Positions 49,270-61,917 are shown, counted from the stretch's first letter. The stretch: DNA of 64,000 bases from Callorhinchus milii (GCF_018977255.1 NW_024704742.1:94924001-94988000), one strand, 5' to 3'. Program-made: numbers and translations. Notes: generated from the letters alone by a model not told the origin.

Positions 49270-49567
49270 GGGGTGAATTCTCCAGGGGTTAGTAAATGTT
49301 AGTAAATGTGCCCTTACAAGCACATAGGTTGCCAAATAAATAAAAATGGGAGGGAGAGAGACTGCTATTTTTACTCCCCAGCAGATCAATGGTCCAAACG
49401 TGTGAAAGTCAAAACACTTTCACACGTGTAGTTGGCAGCAAAATGTAGTGCCTGTGAATTTATTTTATGATTTTCCTGAAAGGCACATACACAGAATAAA
49501 CAGGTCTCACTGTTAACAGCTGAGTCCCAGGTTCCCTCAAACCGTTGCCATTACTAAATTCCACCGC
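49270..49567. mobile_element. Degenerate foldback element centred on a perfect 12-bp stem
   Basis: acgtgtgaaagt (49398-49409) pairs with actttcacacgt (49416-49427); weaker outer pairings atgtgcc/ggcacat and ttagtaa/ttactaa. Confidence 0.55.
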
Positions 49568-49709
49568 TGTCACACTCTCAGAGGAACTCAGCCACAACTA
49601 GCTCTACATGCCAACAACTAAACATGAAGCAGAGTAGGTCAAAGAGGTGGAACAGGAAACCATCACAGATAAAAATTGTGCTTTATTTTACTTCTCGAAC
49701 TGCAAGCTG

Positions 49710-49951
49710 AAGATTGAGGTGGGAACCTGACAGATGTATACAAAAGGGATTTGAGGGGTTGTGACAGGCTAAATAGGGAGAAGTTATTAATAGGGGAGTC
49801 ATAGGGGAGGCTCAAGGAGAAGGTTATAAGTTATCCACAAGATCAGCAAAAGGAGAACTTAGGAGGATTTTTTTCACCCACAGTGTTGTTGGCACATGGA
49901 ATGCCTCACCGAATAGGGTAGTGGAGATGGAGTTCTTGATGGACACTCACC
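49710..49951 (+). mobile_element. Internal CR1 fragment without tail
   Basis: Aligns by eye to about 51655-51910. Confidence 0.75.
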
Positions 49952-50344
49952 TATTTTATTTCTCGAACTGCAAGCTGTAATCTTGATTGAAACTCACCTT
50001 GCAATATCTGAGCGTGCACTCAGTTTCATGTCAGGCACTCTCACAGCAAATGTAGGTTAGCACTGCGTGGCTACCCAGGGATGAGAACAACTTAGGGAAG
50101 GTTAGCAGCTTATGATCTTGACAGCAACGAATGGCTCAAAACAATGGCTTGTTTTCACTCTCTTCCCCCCTCCTCCCCTATTACATTTCAGACCAAGTTG
50201 TCTTAGTCAGGTTTAATATTCGATTTATTTTTCATTGAAATCAGTTCCTTTAGTACTAACAATGACAGGATGATTAAATCACTGAAATAGTATTACAATA
50301 AAAGTCAGTTACCAGGTATATTTTTTAAAAATATTTTGCATATT

Positions 50345-50670
50345 GGAGTCCTGTAGCTCAGTGGTTAGAGCACTCGCTTTGCAAGTGAGAGACCTGAGTT
50401 CAATTCCAGGCAGAGGGCGAAACCTTGGGCAAGTTTTCTTACTCCACACACCTAATAATAATCCCTCCAAAACCAAAAACAATAATAAATTGGTCATTTT
50501 CAATCTACGACTGTTTGTGGGACATTGCTGTGCGCAATTGGCTGCCGCGTTCGCCCACAAATATACAGTCAATTCACTTTACATTGTGTTCTGTGAAGTG
50601 CTTTGGGACGTCCTCCCAGCGTGAAAGCGCTATATCAAATGCAAGGATTATTATTATTATTATTATAATA
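50345..50670 (+). mobile_element. tRNA-Ala-derived SINE, young short form
   Basis: Near-identical to 20989-21316. Confidence 0.92.
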
Positions 50671-50983
50671 AGGACAAAGTTACTGGTTGATTTCATAGAT
50701 GACCGATATGGCAGCAAATGTGAAGAAGATACTAAAATCTAAAATCCTAACCGTTCCCTGGGTATTTCAGACATGTGTTCTGACTGTTAAAGCCAGGATT
50801 TTAATGGCATTATTATCTTCAATCTATTGCCACCTTTTTATAGAGGTTGTTTCCACTTCCGATTTCCTCCTGTGTCTGTCAAACCTTTCAAATGTCACCA
50901 GAGGGAAGCAGAAAATTCTTCTGCAATGTACGTGTGGATGAATGGAAAATTGCAATGAATGGGAAAACAGAAAAGTCTGTTAC

Positions 50984-51141
50984 CACAGTCCGGAATCCTC
51001 ATGTGTGACAGTAACATCTTCCAGTCATTCTCCCCTCGGCACGTCAGGTTTTGAGACTCCAGGGTTGCCAGGTTTTTCTCCTGCATTAACTGGATCCACA
51101 CAATGTCACAGGAGCACAGGAGCGGGTTCTTTGTTAAGATG
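50984..51141 (-). CDS. NTRK2: TrkB-type receptor exon, LRR C-terminal cysteine cluster (158 nt)
   Basis: cag acceptor, gtaac donor, phase 2-1. ILTKNPLLCSCDIVWIQLMQEKNLATLESQNLTCRGENDWKMLLSHMRIPDC, with the NPxxCSCDIxW LRRCT motif. Confidence 0.93.
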
Positions 51142-51589
51142 CTGCAGGAAAAATATTTTCAAGCCATTAGAGTTGGCCACCGATAAAATAGTATTTGTTT
51201 CTTACGCACTTCATTACTGCTCAGATCGGTCACACACATGCATTCAGTATTCAGCCGAGGGACACTCACTGTGAATACAGGTTATCATTGTGTGGCTAAC
51301 TATTCATGAGAGGGACTGGGGGCAGCTCAGCCAGTCTGAATCAGCAATGCCTGAAAGTGAATATATTAACAGTACTATATATATTTAAATCCCTGACTGT
51401 CCAGCGCCTTGGGACGTCCTCCCAATGTTGAAGGTACTATACAAATGTAATTTGTTATCGTTAAAAATATTAATAACACTTAGGGAAAGTATTCATAAAG
51501 CCACCAGGTTATATTATTTCTCTCCATCCCTCCCAAGATGCTGCAGAATCTTCCATGCTCTATAGATATGAAAGCATGCAAGCAGGCAT

Positions 51590-52060
51590 CAAAAGATGAG
51601 GGGCTACAGTTTTGAGGAGAGATTGGAGAAACTGGGTGTTTTCATTGGAGTAGAGAAGGTTGGGTGGTGTGGGGGGGGGGGGGATCTGATAAACTGTACA
51701 AGATGATGAGGGGTTTTGACAGGGTAAATAGAGAGAAGTTATTTCCATTGATAGGGGACACGGTTATAAGATAGCCACAAGAACAGCGAAAGGAGAATTT
51801 AGGAGGAATTTACTTCACCCAGTGCTGTTGGCAGGTGGAATGCCCTACCAAATAGAGTCGTGGAGGTAGAGTTCATTGTAGCTTTCAAGAGGGGTGTAGA
51901 CACGCATATGAAAGAGAGGACCTTGAAGGGATATAAGGTTAAGGCGGGCGGTGGGATTAAATTATAAAAATGATCTTTCCCCTTACTCTGTGAACAATTA
52001 TGGACTTGATGGTCTGAATGGCCTCCTTCTGCACTGTAGCTTTCTATGTTTCTAGACTAT
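51590..52060 (+). mobile_element. CR1 LINE 3' end
   Basis: ERLEKLGVFSLE.RRL motif followed by a 3' UTR (tgaatggcctccttctg) and a ttctatgtttcta tail. Confidence 0.8.
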
Positions 52061-54583
52061 AAAGAACTTTTATTAAAATATAACTGAAATGAAATAACAA
52101 TCCTCCAATTACCCATCATTTGTGACCCATTTTTCTTGGGGGTCAGCCAGGTGTCTGACATATGAGGAACCCCATCATTATGATTATGAGTACCCCAACC
52201 AGATTGAGAGTTCCACACATGTATGCCACCCACACCTGGAGAAATATCCTTCTATGGAATGGAATGCACACTCTCTCCCTGGGGGAATGCTCTCTGCTTA
52301 CCTAATTCTGGAAAGCATTACTGCAGGTTAGCATTAGACTTGGGGACTCAAGACTGTTCATTGGGTTAGTGCTAGAGTTCAATCAACTAAAACCATATAG
52401 CTTGCCATTGAAATCGCTGCTTGGCAAGCTTCCCACTCCTGGTCTAACTAGACCCACCATAACCATTAAGGCTTTGGCTTGGCGGGGTAGCAGGAGCCGA
52501 TTAGGATCCCTGCTCCCAGTGACTAGTCTACCACTCTAAGTCGCACCAAGGAGCCAGGCTGGCTGGTCTATCATCAGCAATGCCCTGGAGGACTGTGGCC
52601 ACGCATACCTCAGGAACTAGATTATCAGACCACCACAGAGGGTTGACTAATTTCCAACTTTCTATTGCCAAGCATGTCACATTGGAGCCAGTTTAACTCC
52701 AAGGACTTACCTCCCCACAAGGAGAAGGACTCTGATTTATTTAAATTAAATTGTGACTGTAAACAACAGTTTGACTGAGCGATTCAACCTGTACTCTCAT
52801 TCTTCAGTCAGGCCACTTGTCCTCATTTGCAACCCGCAGTAAGTAACCCGCTGCCTCCATTATTGCTTAAATCCCTTGGGCTCAGGCCACAGACACGTTC
52901 AAATCAACTTTATTAAAAACAAAACACTGATTTATTTTAGTATCTATTTTGTTAACGTTGAAATGCACTGTGCGTGAGAAGTACTGAGTGTACAAATACT
53001 TCATTGATTGCTTTTTGAATTGCATATGTAACCAAATCAAATAATATCATTTTTATTAGATTATGGCCAGGCTGAAAAGAGGGTTTGTTTGGCTGGAAGT
53101 TGTTGTAAAAACCACAGTGGATGACTGGTTCCACTCAGACCTGAAACCTATTATTCTGCATAGGAGCCCTGTTGTGATATTGGACAACATTGAGAGTATC
53201 AGAATAGCATCTAATATTTTTAATTAAAAACAAGCTGCAGTAAAGGCAAATGCTCCTAATCTAACGCCAGCAATGGATGAACTTGTATGTGGCTGCTTAT
53301 CCAAGTTTTAACCCACCAAAGGCAATTCAAATGCTAATTAATGCTTTGCATCCAAACTGTTTGGATTGATGTCAAAGAATGGACACCTTCTCACTCCTCA
53401 TTAAACGAACAAAAGTTTATGGAAGATGAATGAAAACTACGTCTAAAGAGGAATTAAAATCCCAAATGAAACTAAATTGGGAATAGTGCACATTTAATTC
53501 TGGGAAAGTTTAAGAAAATCGCCCAATTAAAATGTTTTCAAACTGAAGTAAGCCATTTGGATTCAGTTCTAAAGAATATTTTTACATAGAATAATCTCAA
53601 CTAAATAATGCTTTTGGAAATAGTTTAGAAGCCAATGGCGCCTTTTGAAACATGGTGATAACAAAACGTTTAAAATAAATAAGAAAAGAATATCTGACTT
53701 GCTTTCCTCTTGTTTACAACTCCATTATGATGGAAACAAAGTGTCTTGTTTCTAACCTCTGAATTAATTTAGCTTCAGAAGCTAACAGTTTAAAAGTAAA
53801 ACTTTGTCATTAGGTGTAATCTTAAAGGATTGATTTGATAAAATAGTAATTTACATCCCAAATCTGATTATTATGTATATTATATATAAAATGTATTTTC
53901 TTGAACACCATGTTTCAGTCTAGCAAATAAACATTTTACTGCAATTGAATACCCTTTGCTTTATATTTTACCAATTAGGTAATTTAAAAAAATGCTTCTC
54001 ATTGCAAGGGCAAGCTTGTTTTCAGAATATATTAAAGCAACTAAATTCAGCTGTTAATTCTAATTTAATTCTTCATTGAGGATTGTAAGGAATAATGTAT
54101 ATTTCTTTCAGAAGTCTCAGGCATTAATTCAGGCAATTCATGGAATTGTAGCAGGAATTTCCAATGCTCTGTGAGTAACCAGGGTAAAGGAATGTTAAAT
54201 GAGTTAGGAACAGAACAAGGTGTGCACTCTCTTAATGGCGCCTTTAATATTGTTTTATGACTTAACCTCAGAGGTTATCCCCACTTCCTGGTATGATGTG
54301 TACAGAACACAAAGGAGTCTGGAATACTAACATATATGATTAGGGTGCAGAAAACCATTCCTTAAAAGAAAATGATTAACACAGACATGTTTGTATTGAA
54401 ACAAAGATATCAACTTACATCCAACATATAGTCATGAAAACAATATTATGATTATATTTACTCTTCATAATAGAGAATTCTTTCATTCTGATAATCCATT
54501 AAGAACACAGTCCAGGGCCATTACTAAGATTGTAAGACATGGAACACTGTAGCATTAATGTTGCACAAGAAAATATCACTTAC

Positions 54584-54652
54584 AGGTGTGTCAGCTCCAA
54601 ATGACGGAAAGGTTTCCAAGACAAGCTTGAAAAGCGATTATTGGAGAGGTTG
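54584..54652 (-). CDS. NTRK2: TrkB-type receptor exon, LRR3 (69 nt)
   Basis: cag acceptor, gtaagt donor, phase 2-2. NLSNNRFSSLSWKPFRHLELTHL (TrkB-like FRHL). Confidence 0.92.
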
Positions 54653-55332
54653 CTGGAATAGAATAAAAACAGATCCTGGGTGAGTGATGCTCTGATATGG
54701 AACCTAGGTTAAAGTGGTGTTTTACACATGGTCTGAGAAGGTGATATTATACAGTCCAACCTGTGAGAGAGATATTACATAGTGTAAACTGTGAGATTGG
54801 TGTTATGGGGTTGAAAACCCAACATTTCATAAGGGAATTCCAAGTTGAAACGTTTTTGGAGTTAAAACTATATTCCAAAATCTTACATCAAGAAACCTTA
54901 TATGTAACGTCATCTTCTAGCAGTTGTTTCACCAGCAAGTGGCTAGCTGATCAGAAGGAGCTATGATGTGGGAATAGAGGCCAGAAGTAATGCACTGAGA
55001 ACAGAAACGTGTTAATTAAGAAACTATCTCTAATTTTTTCCCCCTAGAACCAGTGTTTGAGCGCTATGTACAAGATACCAACTGAGTTAAGTTTGTATCC
55101 TATGTTCAGATGTACTCAAACACCAATAATTTCACTCAGCCTCAGCAAAACAATTTGGCCCAAATAATTGTTGTCAGGGACAGACTGGGTGGCATTATTT
55201 GGGTGGAGGCAAAGAACCGTGGGTTTGGGGTTCAGCCATTGCTCCACAGCCTGCAGATATGCATGGGCTGTGTCACTCCATTTGCAATCCAACTTCAACC
55301 ATCCTTCAGATCCAACATTGCAGCCAAGTTGT

Positions 55333-55631
55333 GGAGTCCTGTAGTTCAGTGGTTAGCGAGACACCTGGGTTCAATTCCAGGCTGGGCGAAACCTTGGGCA
55401 AGTTTCCTTACTCCACATGCCTAATAATAATCCCTCCAAAAAACAAAACAATAATAAATTGTTCATTTTCAGTCCGTGACTGTTTGTACACTGCTGTGCG
55501 CAATTGGCTGTCGCGTTTCGCCCACAAATATACGGTCAATTGACTTTACAGTCTATTATGTGAAGCGCTTTGAGACGTCGAGAAGACGTGAAAAGTGCTA
55601 TATCAAATGCAAGGATTTTTATATTATTATT
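55333..55631 (+). mobile_element. tRNA-derived SINE, short form with a deletion in the anticodon arm
   Basis: Family head, body and tail. Confidence 0.88.
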
Positions 55632-55984
55632 AACGTTGAACCAAGGTCCCCTCTGAGGTTAAAGTTCCCATGTTACTATTCAAAAAGCGCTATATCAAAT
55701 GCAAGGATTATTATTATTATTATTATTAAAAAGAGAAGGGAGGTTCTCTCTGGCCAACAATACCCAAAATAAAATTGATCATTCACTTTGTAGCCATATG
55801 TAGAACATCACAGCCAAATTGGCTGCCATTGTAACCTACAAAATGTAGAGTGACTACACTTTACAGTATATCCAGTGAAGTGCTTTGAGATGTCCTTCTG
55901 ACGTGAGAGTACTGTATCAATTCAAGGAATATTGCTATTAATAAAGGAAGTTGCACTGATGCACCCATGGCAGCACATTGCACC

Positions 55985-55998
55985 CCACTAGAGGGAGC
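55985..55998 (+). promoter_or_regulatory. Candidate CTCF motif
   Basis: ccactagagggagc matches the CTCF core consensus; motif match only. Confidence 0.45.
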
Positions 55999-57696
55999 AG
56001 TGTAATTCCAGCCGGCTCCTGCTCTACTCCTACCTGAGTATATGAGCTACATCCACACCACAATGCATTGAAAATAAAGCAATTACTAGGTATTAATTAA
56101 ATTTTAACAAAAAAAAGCAGTAATCAAAATATGATTGTGCGAAATAAAATAATCAGTCCATGTATACATTAATCAGAGTATTCCTTTATCTCTCCATCAT
56201 AACATTGTTTTATTAACAGACAGAACTAGGTAGCAATATGATTAATGTAGAATTTCCACCATGTGGGTCAGACACCAGAAACTTCCTCCCTCTCCCTGTA
56301 TGTACACCTCTTTCTTTTCTACTATATCCTTTTGTGGTATGATGCTTCCTGTAAGATTTAATACATAGGTTGCTCTAATAAAAAAAAGCACACCTGCAGT
56401 GAACATCTCAATAACACTGCTGCACAAGTCATTACAAACCTGAATGAAAGAGCAGTGGAGTTCGCAGTTATTGACTGATTTTTTTTCATCATTTCAAAGA
56501 TCTGCTTATCCTTCAGGTTCAATTTTGCTTCTCATTTGTTTTATTCAACTCAGCCTTTTGAGCTTCAAGAATCACATTACATTAGCGCATTGATATGACT
56601 TGCTCGTGATCAGTACATTTGTCTGTGCTTCTCTAAGACCATTAAAACAGACGCTTCACCTACAAAATACACAGTCACTACACTTTACAGTAAAGCTTCC
56701 TGGATGACTGTTTGTCTCTCTCAAGCCCAAAGTCGCGAAGCCAATACCAGCGACTTCAATTCTATCAAGCTGCGTACTGCTGATCATGCAATTACAGCAA
56801 TAGCTGACAATTCCTGATCAAAACTCATGAAATTCATCTATCTGTAACTCTTTGACCGCACTTTCAGTCCTCATTGCCCTCCCACCATCTTCGACTTCCA
56901 TTCCCATATCATATGCTTTGAAACACCAACACCGCCAGACATGAAAAGTGCTTTATAAATGTTGTTTGGATTGGATCCCATTCGGAGTGGTTGAAGTAGA
57001 CAAAGAGTTGTTGACACACAACATGATTGATGGGCTAGCTGTAAATGGGATCCTCTGGATCAACCATGAAACTGCCTCTGGGTTAAATACTGGCCAAGGC
57101 CTGGGCAGGGAAGAGTCACAACTCAGGAATGAGAGAGCAAGGGAGGACCAAATTTAAGCTACAAGAATGGATCAACAACAACAATTTATGTGCATGGTAA
57201 TTCAATACAGCCGGTAAGTGCACATGCGATACTTCGTCACTGCAGCTGACAAGTGCGCATGCGGTGACGAATCAAGACAATGTTTCCCGTGATTCATTGC
57301 GTCTTCATCCATCACCGAATGTGGACTTACCAACAAGCATTGAAATCGCACTGAATCACGGGAAATTGAGTTCTTCTGTCCATACGTCAACTGATCAGAA
57401 ATACATTTTCCGCAATTCAATTCAGCTGGCTGGTAAGTGCGCATGCATTGACGGATCAGGACATAATTTCCACAATTCAATGCAACCGGTAAGTGCGGGA
57501 GTAATGGAGGATAGGGCAACATCATTATGAATAAGGAGATGATTAATTAATCTAAATGGTTTTGATAGGAAACTGAATGGGACTCGAGTGAATGTATGAT
57601 GTAGGTGATTGTACAATTTACAAAGATAAAACCTATGTGAGTCTTACTGTATAACATCAAATAAAAGAACACATCAATTCAGAACTCAACACTCAC

Positions 57697-57768
57697 ATGT
57701 ACTGAAGCCGAGGGTTATACAGGAATCCTTGCCGTGAAATAAACGTGAGTCCACAATTAACCAAAGTG
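57697..57768 (-). CDS. NTRK2: TrkB-type receptor exon, LRR2 (72 nt)
   Basis: tag acceptor, gtgagt donor, phase 2-2. TLVNCGLTFISRQGFLYNPRLQYI; follows a 108-nt intron. Confidence 0.92.
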
Positions 57769-57876
57769 CTAGAAACAAAATAGAATATGTTCAATTATTC
57801 ACTGCTTCACTGGTTAAATGGTTTATGAATCTCTAGGCTATTTCCTGAATTAAACCATCTAAATTTCAGTACTCAC

Positions 57877-57951
57877 AGATTCCTCAGTCCAGTGTAAGGT
57901 TCCATGTCACGCTCATTGATACCTGACAGGTTGGGCTGGTTTGCAATGTAG
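57877..57951 (-). CDS. NTRK2: TrkB-type receptor exon, LRR1 (75 nt)
   Basis: cag acceptor, gtgagt donor, phase 2-2. Translates YIANQPNLSGINERDMEPYTGLRNL, matching TrkB [25 protein letters not shown]. Confidence 0.93.
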
Positions 57952-60696
57952 CTGTTGAATAAATAAGAAAGAGCCATTAATTTCTTTTCAAAACAATTTT
58001 TTTTGATACTAGGATTGTAACTTGCTTTGCTTGGCTTTGGTCATTGTTTCACCTTAATGAAAATAGGTTGCTCTTGAGTCTAGACAGTTCAGCACAAAAA
58101 ATATGATATTTCATATTCTTTTTTCAAAACCAACTTTGGGGAAAACCTATTTGAGTGAATCACAGAAGTGACACAAAAATGTCATGAATTGCCTAAAGCA
58201 AATAAATATCACTATATTGTAATTTCTTATGTACAGAAATACCAGTAGAAGTTGGAAGGATATATTCAGTGCAATGCAATATCACCAGATGGAAATGATT
58301 TGAGCTGTTGGGTTGAACGTTGGAACAATGTTGATTTGCAGAAGTAGCACAACAGTTTAGTTGTGAAAGAGCCCCAGAAAGATTTGATTTGTTCAGTCAA
58401 TCAGGACCAATATATGATGCCAATTTTACAACCCTGTATTCTTACAAACTCAATAAAAGAAATTGGAGCTGGCTGGAGCTTCTCCATTCAACTGAGTGCT
58501 CCAAATCAAGAATGCTCAAACGTGTCCAGCAAGATCCTATTCCTCCCCCCACCATCTATTAAATAATAATACTCACCAACCATCAAATGTCAGACACAAC
58601 AGTTATTTGGGGAGATTTGGATGCTTGTCACCAAATGTGAAACTTTCAGGCCTGGTTTTGTTGGTATTTTGCCTTTAATCACAGATTAGGATATCTCCTG
58701 CTCTTAAGGTATTTTTCTAGTTTACCCCTTCATTGTTTCTGTTCCACGAACTAACTTGGATGCATGTTTTGTTATAAAGTCTCCGCCGATTTTACTCTGA
58801 ACCCAGCCACCACAAGGTTTGCCAGATTCACTCAGGAGGTTTCTTGCTAGCTATTCCTCTAACGTTTCGAAGGGGCATTGACTCAGGTTGGCTCAGACCA
58901 TTATGCCAGCATGTGGGAGATCATCTCCTTCCACTTCAACTCCACAGTGTCAAAGTTGCCATTCCTACTAACCGCCCATTAGCAAAGGCAACATTTGACA
59001 ACACAATAATTGAAACAAATTACAGTACTGTACAAAATAAAGTCAAAATGGAGTTTTGGTGAGATTCAGAGGAATAACATAATTCCACTGGGGAGAGGAA
59101 CCACTCATGGAAACTGAAAATATTAACTGAATGGATAAATACCTGAAAACGTCACATTTCTGAGAAATGAACTTGATATCTGACAGATCCTTTCCTTTTT
59201 ACCACAGCAATCAGTGTTATCTATTTGCCATTTACTATGAAGAAACCACCAATTAAGCTACTGAGATATACGCAATATTGTCAATGTTGAGAAAGGTGCT
59301 CTGTGTGCATTTCCAGATGTCTATTCACTTCCTTAGGCAGTTGGAGTTTCTGTAATACTGTCTGTTTAGTTCACCTCATTGCACATTGATTGAACAAAGC
59401 TCAGAAGCTGTGCACCCTGTGTAACTGTAAAGATCCACCTCCAGCATTTTAATCTGAACCTGTCGGGAATGTCTATGAAACAAATTGAGAGTGCACAGTA
59501 TCCATTGAAATATCCCAACTTGATCATTCAAGCCAGGGTTGTTTGTGTCTGTCACTTATAAACAATCACCTGGGAGAACCCCTAACATTTACAATACATG
59601 AGTGAGATTGGAAAAAAATAATAATCACTAAAAATCTTTACAAAAGATAGCATCTGCCAGGATTGAGAATCCTGCCCACTACAGCACAGATTCACTAATT
59701 TGTTATATGATCAAATGGCCATTCTCTGGATGAATTTGAAGATGGACAGGCAATTAGGTAGGTTGCTCTGAACAGAAAAAACGTTCCCCCATTCAAAATT
59801 AAAATGTATGTCAAATTGTAATCATTTAAATTACATAAGTAATGTGTGGTATAACTAGAATACTTGATGAAGAGCAACAGGATATAAATTGTATCCTGCG
59901 GTTTCTTCTCTTCTATCCTCTATACAGTGTACGCTAGGCTTTTAATCCCCTCATAATCTCACTTTAGAACTGCTGAATGAATCTCTGCTGTCAATGAAAA
60001 GACAGCAGCACCATAGATTCTGGGAATCCTCAGTCAATTTGACATCAGATCTTGTTTTTATTTTTTCTGCCTCTCCAATTTTCTCCTCCTTCCGCCTGAA
60101 GGTATTGGCGTATGCTGATGTGTGACCCCATGGTGACTGGTTCACCTTGAATATCTTGCCCAAGAGGCCATTCTTCATGTGTCAGTCCAGACAGTGTCAG
60201 CAGGTAATGTGTCTATGGAGGACACAACAGCCAAGCCTGATCCTATCATCACCTGACACCTACATGCCCATTCTACAGTGAGGTTCACTGCATAGTGATT
60301 TATTTTTGGTCAGCTGGGTGTCTTGACATATGTGGAAACCCATCACCGTGCTTAAGAGTATCCAAACTAAACTGAGAATTTCACATATTTATGCCACCTA
60401 CGTCTGGAAAGCAATGCATGCTCTCTCTCTAGAGGGAAACATCTAGATAGTGATCAGGATTCAGGAGAGGAACTCAACCTATTTTTCCCTCAATACCCCA
60501 TCAGCCAAGGGTAATTATAGGACCTTTACTGCTGTCCCAGCTAATTCCAGCTACCTCACCCCAGATTGGGGACCAAACAAAAAAACTTTCTGGTCTGTAT
60601 GCCTCAGTTCATACAAAACAGTGCATTTATTGAGCAAGCTTCAACAATGTTTTTTTTTGTTTCCTGAGGTGGGAGAATACGTTCTAAAAATTTATG

Positions 60697-60920
60697 ATAA
60701 TAATAATAATAATCCTTGCACTTGATATAACGCCTTATCATGTTGTTGAGATGTTTCAAAGCGCTTCACAGAATATTTTGCAAAGTGGACTGACTACGTA
60801 TTTTGTGGGTGAAATGCAGCCAATTGCATACAGCAGTGTCCTACAAACAGTCGGTGGATTGAATGACCAAATTATTATTATATTTTGGGGGTAGGGATTA
60901 TCACGCGGGAAAAGCGATCC
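60697..60920 (-). mobile_element. SINE 3' portion abutting an L2 fragment
   Basis: Reverse complement of the family 3' body with an (ATT)n tail. Confidence 0.8.
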
Positions 60921-61917
60921 CCTTCTTTTCCTTATCTACATGCTCCCTCTCGGCGATATCCTCAGACATGGGGTCAGCTTCCACTTGTATGCAGATGACA
61001 CCCAAATCTTCTTCTCCTCCAGCTGCGACTCCCAGTCTGCTGATGTCCTGTCAGCTTGTTTTACGGACATCAAGGCCTGGATGAACACAAATTTCCTGCA
61101 GCTGAATGTAGGCAAGACGGAAGCCATCATTTTTGGCTTCCAACAATGTCTTCTCCCCTGTGGGTCTAAACTCCTCAACCTCCCTGGGCTCTGCCTCAGA
61201 CTCACCAAACAGTGCGCAATTTAGGCATCAGGTTCAATCCTTTCCTTTCTACCCCACATCTGTTCCCTGACCAGGATTACTTTTTTCCACCTCCGTCACA
61301 TTGCCTCCTCTGTCCATTCCTCACAACCAAAGCAGCCGAAACCCTTGTCCACGCCTTCATCACTTCCTGGCTGGACTATTCCAATGCCCTCCTCGCTGGT
61401 CTGCTCAGCTCCACCATACACAAAATGCAATTAATCCAAAACTCCACCCCCCCCGGATACTCACCTGCACAAAACTCCGTACCCCAATCACACCAGTCCT
61501 AGCCAGGCTCCACTGGCTCCCAATTACCGAACGGATCGACTTCAAGATCCTCTCACCCATTTTCAAATCCCTTCATACGCTCGAACCTCCCTACCTATCC
61601 GACCTGCTTATTCCCTACTCTACCACCTGCTGCCTCCACTTGGCCTCCTGTTTGTCCCTCGTCCCCTGCTCTCCATCATCAGTAGCATTGCCTTCAGCCA
61701 CTATACCACTCAGGAACTCTCTCCTTCAATCCCTCCACTTTGCCCCCTCTCTCCCCCACTTTCCTGCATAAAGACCTTCCTTTTTGATCGTGATTATGGT
61801 TACCTCCCCCTTCCCTCTCACCCTGGCTCGGGGTAGGACTCTGCCACTGTCAAGCGCTCTGGGACGCTATCCCGCGTGAAGGGTGCTATATAAATGTAAG
61901 TTGTTGCTGTTGTTGTT
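60918..61917 (+). mobile_element. L2 LINE 3' ~1 kb (RT YADD to tail), frameshifted
   Basis: MLPLGDILRHGVSFHLYADDTQIF, LHWLPITERIDFKIL and a (GTT)n tail. Confidence 0.92.

Noticed and set aside
49998..50150. Strong minus-strand donor (AAG/gtgagt at 49997)
   Set aside because: No Trk homology and no clear acceptor; exons 50984-51141 and 43755-43891 already join in frame.
56360..59790. Similar short ORF peptides GVLFFIRATY (~56370) and GTFFLFRATY (~59765)
   Set aside because: Only about 11 identical nucleotides plus an A-run; not enough to call a repeat or exon.
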